From a virus (taxonomy: Duplodnaviria > Caudoviricetes), in IMG/VR virus record IMGVR_UViG_3300038976_000003, positions 1-29,786 of that record: a stretch of 29,786 nt of DNA; one strand, 5' to 3'. This document shows, piece by piece, positions 17,136-24,919 of the stretch (within the stretch, counting starts at the first letter, position 1; each line of letters starts with the position of its first letter). Below the pieces are notes generated by a model that was given only the letters and a program-made list of their open reading frames with translations, did not search any database and was not told the origin of the DNA. Made by a program: the position numbers and the translations under genes.

Positions 17136-17205
17136 GGGGCACGATGGGAGGACAGGTCACACCATGCCCCGAGAGTCAGCAGTTACCGGGATGGGAAACC
17201 GCTGA
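17136..17205 (-). promoter_or_regulatory. Tandem hairpins 3' of the capsid gene; second loop is anti-SD-like
   Basis: TCAGCGGTT/AACTGCTGA (17205-17176) and GGGGCATGGTG/CATCGTGCCCC (17170-17136) with loop TGACCTGTCCTCC, then TTGAATTTT. Confidence 0.7.
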
Positions 17206-17209
17206 AGTT

Positions 17210-18700
17210 TTAGCCGTTTGCGATGTTGGCAATCACGCCCAAAGAGAACGGAGCGCGATGCACCAGGACTTCATCCGCGTACACGCCATAAACGTACTGG
17301 CGAGAAACGAACGGCCATTCAATCTGGTAGTAGTCCCGGCGGCAGCGGACAAGCTGGACTTCGCCCACTTCCGCCATGGGGTACGGGATTTGGTTGGTTT
17401 TGAACAGCATGGTCCCGGCTGGCATGTTGGGATGGATATTGAAATCAATCCAGCTATTCGTGAATTTGTTCCAATATTTTGCCAGTGACGATCCGCCGAA
17501 CATGTAAGGATCATTGCCCACTTGCTGAGTGAAGCGCACCAGGGAAGATGCGCCGGCGTTCACAACCTTTTTGTTGACGTTGCGCGCCTCCTGCGAATGG
17601 ACCCAGATTTCATTCGGGCTCAAACGCGAGGTATCCCAGAAGGACTGAAGGAAAGCGTCAATCTCAACAATGCCGTTGGCTCCGTCTGCGGTCAGAGTGG
17701 CGTTGTCCAGCGACTTGAACGGCGCGGCGGAAGTCTTTGCGGAAAGCGTCAGGAATCCGTCAAACTCAGTGCCGTTCGAGGAAAAGTCAGAAGCAACTTT
17801 CGCATCATTGGCTTTCTGGGTGCCTACCGCATTGGCTGCGATGGTCACGGCGTTTGTGGTGGTCACAGCAACCAATCCGGCGTTCGCGGCAGCGGTGCCG
17901 ATGTACCAGGCATAACCAGCAGCGCCTTTGACAGCGGCCACGGTTGCCGAAACGGTCAAGTTGCCGCCAGCCGTAGTGATGGCGTTTGAAGCAGCCGAAA
18001 CCTGGGAGTTGCCGCCATTGAATACCGTGGTGGTGCCGTCAATATTGGTACGAGTGACAGCGCCGGGGCAGGCGGTTCCGGCCAGCACTGGCTGAAGTCC
18101 AAGTCCGTTCTGGCTGTTGGTCACCAGCGTCAAGCCCTCAAGAGTGAGCGCAACGCAGAAGACAACGCAGGCCTGAGCGGTGAGCGCTCCGCCGGCAGTC
18201 GGGCCGGTAAGAACCGGGGTCGGGCAGGTTCCCAGGGCAAGTGAAGCATTGCCGCCCAAAAGAACGCGCTCTTCGGAAATCATCAGCGTGTTGAGCAAGC
18301 CCTTGGACAGTGTTGCTTTGTTGTCAAAGGTTTTTCCGCCAGACCATACCGCTTCCCAGTCCATGGAGTTTTCATGGCCAAGGCCAGCATAGGTGGCAAC
18401 GTAATCCTGAGTGGTAACAGCGATTTCCGCGCCGCGCTTGCCAGTCTGTACGCCGGGAGTCTGGAAACCCGTGTTGACGCCGGTGATTGCTTTCCAGCGC
18501 GTAGCCACATCGCCTTCTGCGCTCAGTTCACGCGGAAGCATGTTGCGCAGCGGCGTAAGTACCGGGTAAAGGTTGAGCGCCGGGCCGCGCAGGTCAAACG
18601 CATTCAGGCCGGTGGACTCGCTAAGCGTGGTCTTATTGAGTCCGCCAACGGGGAATTTGCTCAGCAGCTCCAATGTCTCCTGAGACACGTCGTTAAACAT
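17210..18700 (-). CDS. Major capsid protein
   Basis: 496 aa between the protease block and the adaptor; DL..PA..LYP..TPLRN, EFDG.L, IHPNMPAGT and YGVYADEVL..RAPF..GVI.NI motifs. Confidence 0.88.
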   Translation of the reverse strand: MFNDVSQETLELLSKFPVGGLNKTTLSESTGLNAFDLRGPALNLYPVLTPLRNMLPRELSAEGDVATRWKAITGVNTGFQTPGVQTGKRGAEIAVTTQDYVATYAGLGHENSMDWEAVWSGGKTFDNKATLSKGLLNTLMISEERVLLGGNASLALGTCPTPVLTGPTAGGALTAQACVVFCVALTLEGLTLVTNSQNGLGLQPVLAGTACPGAVTRTNIDGTTTVFNGGNSQVSAASNAITTAGGNLTVSATVAAVKGAAGYAWYIGTAAANAGLVAVTTTNAVTIAANAVGTQKANDAKVASDFSSNGTEFDGFLTLSAKTSAAPFKSLDNATLTADGANGIVEIDAFLQSFWDTSRLSPNEIWVHSQEARNVNKKVVNAGASSLVRFTQQVGNDPYMFGGSSLAKYWNKFTNSWIDFNIHPNMPAGTMLFKTNQIPYPMAEVGEVQLVRCRRDYYQIEWPFVSRQYVYGVYADEVLVHRAPFSLGVIANIANG

Positions 18701-18760
18701 GGGTATTCTCTTTTCTCATCCCGGTAAAATATTTGTTGAGGTGTTTGACTTCGGAAAAAT

Positions 18761-19435
18761 TTATTCAGTCTCAGGCGGTGGAACCAGGGCTTTAACTTCG
18801 AAGATGCGTTGCGCCAAACCTAGGCCGCTCTGCACTTCGGTGTACTTGTAGCTGTCCATCAAAATGCCGCGATTGGTGCGGAACAATAAATCTTCCAATA
18901 TCTGCTCGATATATGTTCGGCCATCGGCGGCAATCAACTGATCCGCAAGCCTCACCACTTCCGCCAGCAGCGTACAAGAGTTGGTGAAAGCGGTAATGAA
19001 CGCTTCTTTCTTTTCGGTCAAGATTTCAGCAATCTGCATCTGCACTTGACGTTTGTGAGCGTCTTTCAGTTTGCCTTCCATCTCATCCAGTGAAGATCCA
19101 AGCACGGTGCCTTGTTCACTTTCGTAAACAATCGCCGCGTCTACGGCTTCAATTTCCTGAATGATGTCCGCCAGCTCGCGTTCTACTTTGTTCCGCTTGG
19201 CGGCGGCTCCCTGAACGCCCTTGCCGTGCTCAATCAGAAGTTGCTTGTGGTTCGCTTCGACTGATGTTTTACGGGCAATCAGTTCTTGCCGCCTCTGATC
19301 CAGGCGCGCGCGTTCTTTGAGATTTTCCGCAAAGTCTGCGCGGGCCTTTTTCAATGTGTCGCCTAACTGAGCTTCCAGTTGAGCGACAAGATCGGCGGTT
19401 TCCGGCGCGGCTGCCTGTTTGGTCATGCTCGTCAT
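18761..19435 (-). CDS. Coiled-coil hypothetical protein (224 aa)
   Basis: GGAGGAC RBS; long heptad-like helical sequence. Confidence 0.8.
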   Translation of the reverse strand: MTSMTKQAAAPETADLVAQLEAQLGDTLKKARADFAENLKERARLDQRRQELIARKTSVEANHKQLLIEHGKGVQGAAAKRNKVERELADIIQEIEAVDAAIVYESEQGTVLGSSLDEMEGKLKDAHKRQVQMQIAEILTEKKEAFITAFTNSCTLLAEVVRLADQLIAADGRTYIEQILEDLLFRTNRGILMDSYKYTEVQSGLGLAQRIFEVKALVPPPETE

Positions 19436-19491
19436 GCTCTGTCCTCCGTTGCTTGATTTTTCAGATTGATGGTTTACTGGCTTGCCTCTTT

Positions 19492-19863
19492 TTACAGGCC
19501 GCCGCGTCCCGGCGTATGCGTTACCGCTCTCGGCTTCTGAAGTGCCGCAGAGGCCATTTTGGCGAAACGCGCATCACGCTCACCTTGGCTCAATTTGGCA
19601 ATCTCTTCCCGCGTGAGATCCGGCACAACGGGTTCAACGTGAACGCCGTCCTGTTCTTTGCTCACAGTGATGGCAGCCGTCGGGACAACGGTACGGCTGA
19701 CTTTCTGCACGCCCTCAGGTTCGCCGGCCACGGCCTTGACGAATTTGTTGAGGACATCCATAACGGTGTCCAGCTTCTTTGTGATTTCCGTGATCTGCGT
19801 AAGCGCAGTGGCGGAATCGGCAGCCGCTTTATCGAGTTGCTCTTTCTCTTTTGCATCCAACAT
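19492..19863 (-). CDS. Probable nested in-frame scaffold protein (123 aa, MLDAKEKE...)
   Basis: GAAGGAGA RBS ahead of the internal ATG at 19863; helical, charged product. Confidence 0.55.
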   Translation of the reverse strand: MLDAKEKEQLDKAAADSATALTQITEITKKLDTVMDVLNKFVKAVAGEPEGVQKVSRTVVPTAAITVSKEQDGVHVEPVVPDLTREEIAKLSQGERDARFAKMASAALQKPRAVTHTPGRGGL

Positions 19864-20877
19864 TTCAGTATCTCCTTCGTGGATTTGCGGCGTTGCCGCC
19901 GAAACTTTTGTGACATTCGCTGTGGCTGATGCCGCCACGTCATCTTTGCCCAGTTCGGCAAGATGTTGCTGGGCGTCGTCAACACACTTCAGAACTCCGT
20001 CCATGCATTTCTTAATTGCTTCATGGTGGGCTTTGGTGGAAGCGGAATGCTTTGCGCCTTTTTTGCCCAAGGTCTTTTTCACCCAAGCGCGGATAAGCTT
20101 TTCTCCGTCCGTCAATTCAGCGCCTTCTTCGTCCACCAAGGCGCGCAATAGCGCAACGCCCTGTTTCAGCCATGCATCAATTTTGGCTGGCAGCGGTGAT
20201 TTGTCGCCCTCCCAGATAGCTTCGCTTTCAAGCCATTCCTGAATGCAGGAAATGTTGGCAAGTACATAGGAAAAGTCGCCAACGCTGATCATGTCCTTTT
20301 TGACGGGTTCAACCGTGTTTTTATCCTGCGTAGGGCTATGCCCTATGGCTTTCTCCGCGAACTTCCGTACCTCGCTGGTGCCATCGGCCTTTACTGCCGT
20401 GAAATGCGCGCTGGGGACACAGGGATTATCAACTACAGAAATCTCTACCGGGTTGGCGGTGAAGCGCACATACTCGCCATCTTTCCAGGCTTTGACATAT
20501 GCGCCGCCGATGGAAAAGCCGGTGTAAACACCTTCCATGCATTTTGTCCACGCAATGTCATCTACGATCTTTGAGCCGATGCGAATTTGCTTCATGTCAT
20601 CGTCAAACGTGATGTCGATCAGCTTTCCTACGGCGCTTGGTTCGTGCATCTCTCGCACATTGCCCAGGCTCTTGCCGTCCGTTGCCTTGCTGATTTCGTT
20701 TGACCATTTCTCAAAGAAAGGCTTTGATGTTTTGTAATCGAATATCTCGCCTTCTTTGTCCACAATCTCAGCGGTGGCGACCCCCCACACTTCGCGCTTG
20801 GTAGCGTCAACTTTGGCGATCTGGGCAAATAAACGCATCACCCGAGTGGTGGCTACGTGTTCCGGATTCTTTGACAT
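19492..20877 (-). CDS. Prohead protease with C-terminal scaffold-like region
   Basis: VDKEGE, NVREMH..SAVGK, YTGFSIGG and EISVVDNPC HK97/XkdF-type protease motifs; AAGGAG RBS. Confidence 0.9.
   Translation of the reverse strand: MSKNPEHVATTRVMRLFAQIAKVDATKREVWGVATAEIVDKEGEIFDYKTSKPFFEKWSNEISKATDGKSLGNVREMHEPSAVGKLIDITFDDDMKQIRIGSKIVDDIAWTKCMEGVYTGFSIGGAYVKAWKDGEYVRFTANPVEISVVDNPCVPSAHFTAVKADGTSEVRKFAEKAIGHSPTQDKNTVEPVKKDMISVGDFSYVLANISCIQEWLESEAIWEGDKSPLPAKIDAWLKQGVALLRALVDEEGAELTDGEKLIRAWVKKTLGKKGAKHSASTKAHHEAIKKCMDGVLKCVDDAQQHLAELGKDDVAASATANVTKVSAATPQIHEGDTEMLDAKEKEQLDKAAADSATALTQITEITKKLDTVMDVLNKFVKAVAGEPEGVQKVSRTVVPTAAITVSKEQDGVHVEPVVPDLTREEIAKLSQGERDARFAKMASAALQKPRAVTHTPGRGGL
20330..20346. 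repeat. Palindrome GTAGGGC-N3-GCCCTAT, copy 3 (inside the protease gene linker)
   Basis: Plus strand reads GTAGGGCTATGCCCTAT then GGCTTT, the same flank as copy 1. Confidence 0.75.
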
Positions 20878-20886
20878 GACGCTCCT

Positions 20887-21486
20887 TTAGAACAATCCTG
20901 GGTTGGCGTTCAATTCCTGTTTCCAGAAGTAGAGCCGGATGCTTGAGCCTTTCAACATCGAAGCCCCGCCAGCGGTCTGGAATTGCAGAGACGTGATCGG
21001 CACGATGCCCATCCACTCACCCTGCCATGCCAGATGCACGATTGGCAGCGTGGCCGCTACGCCGGTTCCTATGGCAACGGTTCCACTGAAGACATGTGTT
21101 TTCCCGTTGTTGTTATTTCCGATGGAGAACTTGACAGTACGGCCCTTACTGACAGGTAGACCGAAGCGCACAAAGTTATCGCTGGCGAATTCGGCATTTA
21201 CCAGCGCGGCAATCTGACCGGCAACCGCTGTGACATAGCGCGTGTTGTAGTTCGCGCCTGAATCGTTATTGCAGGTTGCGGAAATCACATCTGTCCCGCC
21301 GTAGCCATCCACGTCAATATCGCCCGTGATGAGGTTGCATTGCGGAGGCACTGGAAAAGACCTGGGCCACACGGCAGCATTCGCCTGAAGCACGTCTTCC
21401 ACAACTGCGATCAGCGGCGGAACAACTTTGTTGATCGGGTGGTTTACATCTGTGGGTAAAGCACTGTTGTCATAAGTTCCGATCAT
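20887..21486 (-). CDS. Beta-rich hypothetical protein, possible head decoration
   Basis: GGAGG RBS; NNDSGANY...ITSLQF...GSSIRLY pattern. Confidence 0.75.
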   Translation of the reverse strand: MIGTYDNSALPTDVNHPINKVVPPLIAVVEDVLQANAAVWPRSFPVPPQCNLITGDIDVDGYGGTDVISATCNNDSGANYNTRYVTAVAGQIAALVNAEFASDNFVRFGLPVSKGRTVKFSIGNNNNGKTHVFSGTVAIGTGVAATLPIVHLAWQGEWMGIVPITSLQFQTAGGASMLKGSSIRLYFWKQELNANPGLF

Positions 21487-21502
21487 CCGCGTTCCCTCCG
21501 CA

Positions 21503-21531
21503 AAAAGTTAAGGGCAGCCGAAGCCGCCCTT
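21503..21531 (-). terminator. Hairpin / probable terminator
   Basis: AAGGGCGGC-TTCG-GCTGCCCTT followed by AACTTTTT; UUCG tetraloop. Confidence 0.7.
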
Positions 21532-21554
21532 TGTGTTTCATGAACTGCTGAGTT

Positions 21555-21749
21555 TTACACCCAGCCAGCGGCAAGCAACGGAATCAAATCCCGCGTGTCC
21601 ACGCTGCTGATTGCGTTGGAAGAAACTGTGTAGACGGTTCCGGTTACCGCGCCGATGACTGTCTTTGGAGCGGTGCCGGTGCCAGCCTGGGGAGTTGAAC
21701 CGGCGGTCTGGCCTGCCGGATGAGTAAGAGTTGTGAGAGTATTTGCCAA
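21555..21749 (-). CDS. Small T/G/A-rich protein (64 aa; TTG start)
   Basis: Perfect AGGAGGTG RBS before TTG at 21749. Confidence 0.7.
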   Translation of the reverse strand: MANTLTTLTHPAGQTAGSTPQAGTGTAPKTVIGAVTGTVYTVSSNAISSVDTRDLIPLLAAGWV

Positions 21750-21775
21750 GATGTCACCTCCTGAGAATCTGAGAA

Positions 21776-21806
21776 ATAGAAAAGGCAGCCCGTTAAGAGC
21801 TGCCTT
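21776..21806 (-). terminator. Rho-independent terminator (possibly bidirectional and conditional)
   Basis: AAGGCAGCTC-TTAAC-GGGCTGCCTT followed by TTCTATTT. Confidence 0.8.
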
Positions 21807-21971
21807 CTTTTGTCGCGGAAGTTGGCAGCGCCGCTGTAGCGGTTTAGCTGCCATCTATTGCTATGCGCTCAAGCTCAAGAGCACATTCCACAATACTTGG
21901 ATTGCAGTGCAACCGGAATGGCCGACGGATACGGGCCTAGGCCATGAAGCGTTCCGGCGCACCGCAAAACC
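21776..21971 (-). ncRNA. Highly structured intergenic RNA (four consecutive stem-loops)
   Basis: Stems at 21971-21899, 21895-21856, 21853-21823 and 21806-21782; G-U pairs favour the minus strand. Confidence 0.6.
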
Positions 21972-22142
21972 TTACTGAACTTTTTGGAGCGGCTTATTCA
22001 GCTCCGAAACTTTCACGGTCATAAAGATTGCGCCGCACTTGCAAATGTGCGTTACGCCTTTGTGACCGGCTTCGCAAGCACAGATGTGAAGATGCCCGCA
22101 GTCTTCTTCGTCCGCACTGGCGTTACAGAGAGCGCGTTGCAT
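21972..22142 (-). CDS. Cys/His-rich small protein absent from the track (56 aa, MQRALCNAS...)
   Basis: TAATG coupling; CGHLHICACEAGHKGVTHICKCG. Confidence 0.6.
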   Translation of the reverse strand: MQRALCNASADEEDCGHLHICACEAGHKGVTHICKCGAIFMTVKVSELNKPLQKVQ

Positions 22143-22297
22143 TAGGCGCTCAGCATCTCAAAAGAGCACTCGCCCTGCCCCAGCGGAGTAATCGCAAAGT
22201 GGCTTCCAAAAGTCTTACCGCATTTTGCGCACGGCGTCATCATGGATAATCCTAATCCGGCTGGCAAGACTTGAACTGTATCTGGGATTCTTTCCAC
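22142..22297 (-). CDS. Small protein with CxxC-H-C motif absent from the track (51 aa)
   Basis: AGGAGGAC RBS and GTG start; CAKCGKTFGSH...C. Confidence 0.6.
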   Translation of the reverse strand: MERIPDTVQVLPAGLGLSMMTPCAKCGKTFGSHFAITPLGQGECSFEMLSA

Positions 22298-22308
22298 GCT
22301 CTGTCCTC

Positions 22309-22458
22309 CTACTCGCCAGATCCTACCACAGCCTTCGGAATTTCGATGATTGGCTCAAGGGTGCAGCCGAACCGCCCCAAATCCTCTGGGTAGTTTTCGG
22401 GAATGAAGTAGCGAGACATGCAATCGCCAATCCTAATATCAACCCATTGGCCTTTCAT
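22309..22458 (-). CDS. Small protein absent from the track (49 aa, MKGQWVDIRIG...)
   Basis: AGGAGGAC RBS; fills the gap after the F gene. Confidence 0.6.
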   Translation of the reverse strand: MKGQWVDIRIGDCMSRYFIPENYPEDLGRFGCTLEPIIEIPKAVVGSGE

Positions 22459-22467
22459 CGCGTCCTC

Positions 22468-23247
22468 CTATGCTGCTGCCCGATGAACTTTTTCACTTGC
22501 TGATCCTACCACAAACACCATCATGCATTCACAATTTGGATGAAACAGCGGTGCTTCATCGCCTGATTCAAACAGCTCATCCAGTGCAATTTCGCCCTGA
22601 TCTTCATTGTCGCCGCAGATGTCGCAATCAAATTCTTCTGAGCCTCTGATTACTTTTTTCATCAGGTCTAGCCCGGATTCTTTTGCTCCATCTAACGCGC
22701 CTTGCATGTGAGCGTTGCCAATTTCTGTTCTGGCTATCATCTCCGCACGATCAGCGGAGAATGCTTCTGAATCCTCAATGGCCGCTTTCAGTTCGTTTAC
22801 GCCATCGGCATTTTCCAGCGCGTCACTTATGATTGTCTTCAGGCGTTCGCGGGTTGTTTCCGTGATCCCGGTCACCAGCTCCGCTCCGGTGTCTTCCGCG
22901 TACTGCACTGAGCGTTCGTTCACCAGATCAAAAATATCCTGGTCGCTTACGCCCAGCTTGCCCAGAATGACTTGCGCAGTCTGCTCGTAAGCTCCGCCCA
23001 GATCATCGGCCAGTTCATTTGCTACTACGTCCCATTCTTCCAATGAAACCGCGTCGGCAATGCGCTGGGCTTTTACTTCGGAATCATCGGTTTTCTTTGT
23101 GGCCTTTTCGTAAGCCGCCGCCACTTCAGCCGCAATCTTTTTAGCCTGCTCCGCAAAGAACTTTGAGAGATAGGCCGTAATGCTTTTGATGGATGCGCGC
23201 TGCTCTTTTGAAAGATCACTTACGGGATGGACGCTGATTGGCTTCAT
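22468..23247 (-). CDS. Minor head morphogenesis protein (Mu gpF / SPP1 gp7-like)
   Basis: GITETTRE, RAEMIARTE, CDIC and PLFHPNCEC motifs; follows the portal. Confidence 0.92.
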   Translation of the reverse strand: MKPISVHPVSDLSKEQRASIKSITAYLSKFFAEQAKKIAAEVAAAYEKATKKTDDSEVKAQRIADAVSLEEWDVVANELADDLGGAYEQTAQVILGKLGVSDQDIFDLVNERSVQYAEDTGAELVTGITETTRERLKTIISDALENADGVNELKAAIEDSEAFSADRAEMIARTEIGNAHMQGALDGAKESGLDLMKKVIRGSEEFDCDICGDNEDQGEIALDELFESGDEAPLFHPNCECMMVFVVGSASEKVHRAAA

Positions 23248-24742
23248 ACCCTACGTAATCTCTCTTGGCTGTTTTCTTTTTTCCCGGCTTCTCTTTTCCG
23301 TTCGGCGGCTGATTGCCTTCAACCGGCTTTCCGTCTAGTCCTACTTGCTGCGGTGTTGGCTCCGGCGGATTGTCGGCATTTTCAATGGCTGTATCGACTG
23401 GAACCAAACCATTTGTGGTGATTACTGCATTCCGTGCGCCGATTGGATCTTTGCCCAATTCATCCCGCACTTCGTCAATTGAGAGCACTCCGGAGCGGAC
23501 GTAAATATCGTCCACCTTGGCCTGATCAATCGGATTCGCCGCTTGGCTTTGTGTCTGCCATGCAAACTCCACATCGCCAATCTTCCAATAGGTGCGAATG
23601 ATGAAATTAACGATGTCTTTCAGATAATCCAGGATTGGCATCAAGCCTTCAGCCGCCGCTTGCTCCACTGAAACCTGAGCCGTGGCCCGGTTCATCATGG
23701 AAATGAATTGCTGTGGGCTCAAGCCAAATGCAGCAGCCACAATGCGGACAAGCCAATCATCCAGTGTGTCTTTAAGCTTCGGGTCTTTTGTCGGCTGTAC
23801 TGTTCCAACTTCAGGAACGAACGTGATGCGCCGCCGCGCGGCTGTATTTCCCGCCAAGGCCGAATCAAACCATTCCTGAAATTCTTTGATCTGATCGGCG
23901 GACCACGTTGCGGGAACCTGAGCAATCATCTCCGGCACGTTGCCTTCGGTGTAGTACTGGAGAAGATGAATTTCGCGCCGGATGCCGATATTGATCGTCA
24001 TCAAAATCTGTTCAACCGGGGAGTAGCCAAAGAACTTATGCACGCGCGGATTACGCGGCTTGTAAATCAACTGCTCAGACGTAAAATCAACCGCTGGAAT
24101 ACCTTTGATGATCTGCTGATAGGCTACGGCTGGCGGCTTCGGTGTGCGCCCGTTAGCGTTGATCTTCCGTGAGATGGTCGCGCCATCAACAATTTCCAGC
24201 GCCGCCGGAATACCGTTAGTCCACAGTGCCCCGTCAATATCGGCCAGCGGAACAATACTGAGCGCATCAATCACCATGGCTTCTTCAAGGGCCATCTTCA
24301 CCCATTCGCGCCATGTGTGCTCGCCATCCGGCTGCTCAAAGAATTCGCTCAGTTTGCCCAGCCGCGTATCACCCAGATTTCGCTTGCTATATTCAGACTT
24401 CTTTTCGCCGGGCTGCTTCTTTAAGCGAAACTCCCATGGGATTGAAGCAACTGAATCTCCGGCTTTCTGAATAAACAGCCTGAGAAGATCCCAGCTATCG
24501 GCCAGATTGCGCAACTGCTGAAAGCTTACCGCTTCCTGGTTGCGCGGCTGGATGTTGATGTTGTATCCAACCGGATAGTCAAATGTACGTGGCGGAGTTC
24601 CAGACGGCGCGCTGATCGGTTGCGGCTTCTCAGGACCAAACCAATAATCTTTTGCTGCCTGATACGCTCCCCGAGCGCGCGCAACAATTCCAGGTTCAAT
24701 CGCGCTGCCACCCGGCGGACTAGCCTTTGTAAACCATGCCAT
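23216..24742 (-). CDS. Portal protein
   Basis: FGYSPVE, YYTEGNVP, AAFGLSP..MNRATA and GVLSIDEVR..LG.DP motifs. Confidence 0.93.
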   Translation of the reverse strand: MAWFTKASPPGGSAIEPGIVARARGAYQAAKDYWFGPEKPQPISAPSGTPPRTFDYPVGYNINIQPRNQEAVSFQQLRNLADSWDLLRLFIQKAGDSVASIPWEFRLKKQPGEKKSEYSKRNLGDTRLGKLSEFFEQPDGEHTWREWVKMALEEAMVIDALSIVPLADIDGALWTNGIPAALEIVDGATISRKINANGRTPKPPAVAYQQIIKGIPAVDFTSEQLIYKPRNPRVHKFFGYSPVEQILMTINIGIRREIHLLQYYTEGNVPEMIAQVPATWSADQIKEFQEWFDSALAGNTAARRRITFVPEVGTVQPTKDPKLKDTLDDWLVRIVAAAFGLSPQQFISMMNRATAQVSVEQAAAEGLMPILDYLKDIVNFIIRTYWKIGDVEFAWQTQSQAANPIDQAKVDDIYVRSGVLSIDEVRDELGKDPIGARNAVITTNGLVPVDTAIENADNPPEPTPQQVGLDGKPVEGNQPPNGKEKPGKKKTAKRDYVGYEANQRPSRK

Positions 24743-24909
24743 TAGGCCATTCCAACTTTCACGCCCATGATGGCCGAAGTCTCAATCACGTACTCAATCA
24801 GTAAGTCGCGGCGATAGGCAAGCTTTAACGATTCATCGGTGATGCGTAATCCCTGATGCCAGATGATCTGGCCAGCATCGTTGATGACATATTCACCGCG
24901 AAATTCCAT
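24742..24909 (-). CDS. Small protein absent from the track (55 aa, MEFRGEYVIND...)
   Basis: AAGGGAG RBS; TAATG overlap with the portal start. Confidence 0.65.
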   Translation of the reverse strand: MEFRGEYVINDAGQIIWHQGLRITDESLKLAYRRDLLIEYVIETSAIMGVKVGMA

Positions 24910-24919
24910 CGCCGCTCCC

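Noticed and set aside
17164-17205. 13-codon plus-strand micro-ORF behind GGAGG at 17147
   Set aside because: RBS spacing is long (12 nt), no promoter is evident, and G-U pairs favour the minus-strand hairpin
390-20346. CRISPR array from the palindromic repeat
   Set aside because: Copies are kilobases apart with no spacer periodicity and no cas genes
21750-21854. 99-aa version of the ORF starting at 21854
   Set aside because: No RBS, and it runs through a terminator; a perfect RBS supports TTG 21749
21823-21971. Known riboswitch (e.g. c-di-GMP-I) or second tRNA
   Set aside because: I could not match consensus elements by eye; no T or D arm signature
3696-24470. Long plus-strand ORFs (e.g. 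3696-4355, 6395-6976, 11006-11575, 16961-17488, 19354-19929, 19658-20242)
   Set aside because: Antisense shadows of well-supported minus-strand genes; no motifs or RBS
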